A stretch of DNA of 64,000 nt from positions 186,822,897 through 186,886,896 of the forward strand of contig NC_085845.1 of assembly GCF_035594765.1 (NCBI RefSeq). The letters are read 5' to 3'. Below, piece by piece: positions 62,964-64,000 of the stretch. The translations under genes were made by a program, and so were the position numbers. Position 1 is the stretch's first letter, and each line of letters begins with the position of its first letter. This DNA comes from Anolis carolinensis (taxonomy: Eukaryota). The notes under the pieces are model-generated. The model made no database searches and was not told the origin of the DNA. It worked only from the letters and a program-made list of their open reading frames with translations.

Positions 62964-63933
62964 TGTGATGACCCATGGGCCTTGTAGTCCTGCTCAGGAC
63001 ATTGTAATTCCTGATGAAGATGAAAACTTGGGTTTTTTACCTTCCCAGTCTGAACTGGATTCCTCTCAGCCAGATCTTTCCCAGGCAGATCTGGGAACCT
63101 TGCACCTGCAAGAAAGTTGTCTCCCAGAAGTATGTCAAACAAGCCCAGAGCCTACTTCTCCCGTATTCTTGCGCCGGGAGTTTTGTAAACAACAGAGAAG
63201 TTTGGATTCAGCTTCGCGCAGGAGTGCGAGGATTGCAGCTAAGAATGTGGCCAATTAAGACTGCTTCTCGTGAGAATCTTTGGGGAGTCTCACATCTGGT
63301 CTCAGAGTTAGCTTTCGGTTCTGATTCCCAGAGAACTGCTTCGGCGGGAAAGCTAGACTCTATTTAGGTGTTTTACCCGCGTAGTAACTTCGCGGAGTCA
63401 ATTCGTCAGCCTTCGGAGCGAGTTGTGTCTGGACAGCGCGCTCCGATTCAAGCCTCGCTCCTGCTCAAGCCTTGCCTTGCTATCCAGCCTTCGCCTTGCT
63501 TCCCAGCCTTGTTTATCTACGGACTTTGCCTTGTTTCCCAGGATCAATCCTTGCCTTGTTCCACGGATTTATCAAGTTATTCCACGGACCTTGTTCTTGT
63601 TCTTAGTTACCTTGTTCCACGTTCAAGCCTTGTTTCAAGTATCAAGTTATTTCCTAGCCTCGCTCAAGTTTCATGGACTAAAGGACCTTGTCATCTCCCC
63701 TCACTTTGCTTGGCAAAGTGAGTGTTTCGGTTATTGGATTACAACTTTGGACCTTAATATTTCTTATTGGACATTGCTTTTTTGGACCAATTCTGACCTT
63801 TCCTGAAAGGTCTAATTCTGAACTATTTTCTACACTTGTTTTTATTAACTTTATATATTCCTTCAATAAAGATATTAGATAGATTCTGGCCTCTGTGTAT
63901 GGTTATTGGTGCTCTGCAGCCTGGGTCGTGACA
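62964..63933 (+). mobile_element. Gypsy LTR B (5' LTR of a younger element nested in element A; internal region runs off the window, possible gag ATG near 63976)
   Basis: tgtgatgaccc...gggtcgtgaca termini, TATTTA at 63361, AATAAA 63865-63870, ccttgtt tandem repeats, self-priming PBS. Confidence 0.85.
62968..63258 (+). CDS. U3-encoded acidic 96-aa ORF of LTR B ending in RRSARIAAK
   Basis: ATG at LTR position +5; open to TAA 63256-63258; translation unproven. Confidence 0.45.
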   Translation: MTHGPCSPAQDIVIPDEDENLGFLPSQSELDSSQPDLSQADLGTLHLQESCLPEVCQTSPEPTSPVFLRREFCKQQRSLDSASRRSARIAAKNVAN

Positions 63934-63935
63934 GT

Positions 63936-63945
63936 TTGACTCCGC
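63936..63945 (+). other. Self-priming primer binding site
   Basis: ttgactccgc is the exact complement of gcggagtcaa at 63392-63401, 31 nt after the TATA-like box. Confidence 0.85.
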
Positions 63946-64000
63946 CACCCTAAGCACCAATTAACCTCGGCCAGAATGTCTACCGGAGTCGTACCTGGGC

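Noticed and set aside
33669-64000. Next ERC1 exon (QEALLAAISEKDANIALL)
   Set aside because: Not found by eye; presumed beyond the window

Overview
Vertebrate (squamate; the repeat content resembles Anolis) genomic DNA lying inside the large ERC1/ELKS gene on the + strand. Three clear coding exons are present (14611-14746, 19562-19693, 33508-33668), plus one good and two weaker candidate cassette exons; the rest is repeat-rich intron. The introns carry an apparently intact DIRS1-type tyrosine-recombinase retrotransposon (949-6997) nested in a Tc1/mariner-type MITE, a decayed second DIRS subfamily copy (about 41742-47721), BovB/RTE, CR1, L2, Penelope and probable Vingi fragments, many hAT/Tigger MITEs, a Merlin-like MITE, two solo LTRs, and two nested self-priming Gypsy (Tf1/sushi-type) elements at the right end. 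Most notable: (i) both Gypsy LTRs carry a U3 ORF for an acidic ~100-aa peptide ending in an HMGN-like RRSAR(I/L)xxK motif; (ii) a fold-back U6 snRNA insertion forming a perfect 28-bp hairpin between 10-bp direct repeats; (iii) DIRS gag and recombinase ORFs are in one frame separated by a single conserved TGA-C; (iv) a candidate 54-nt ERC1 cassette exon behind a ~167-nt AG-free zone. All coordinates were read by eye; family names rest on recalled motifs, not database searches.
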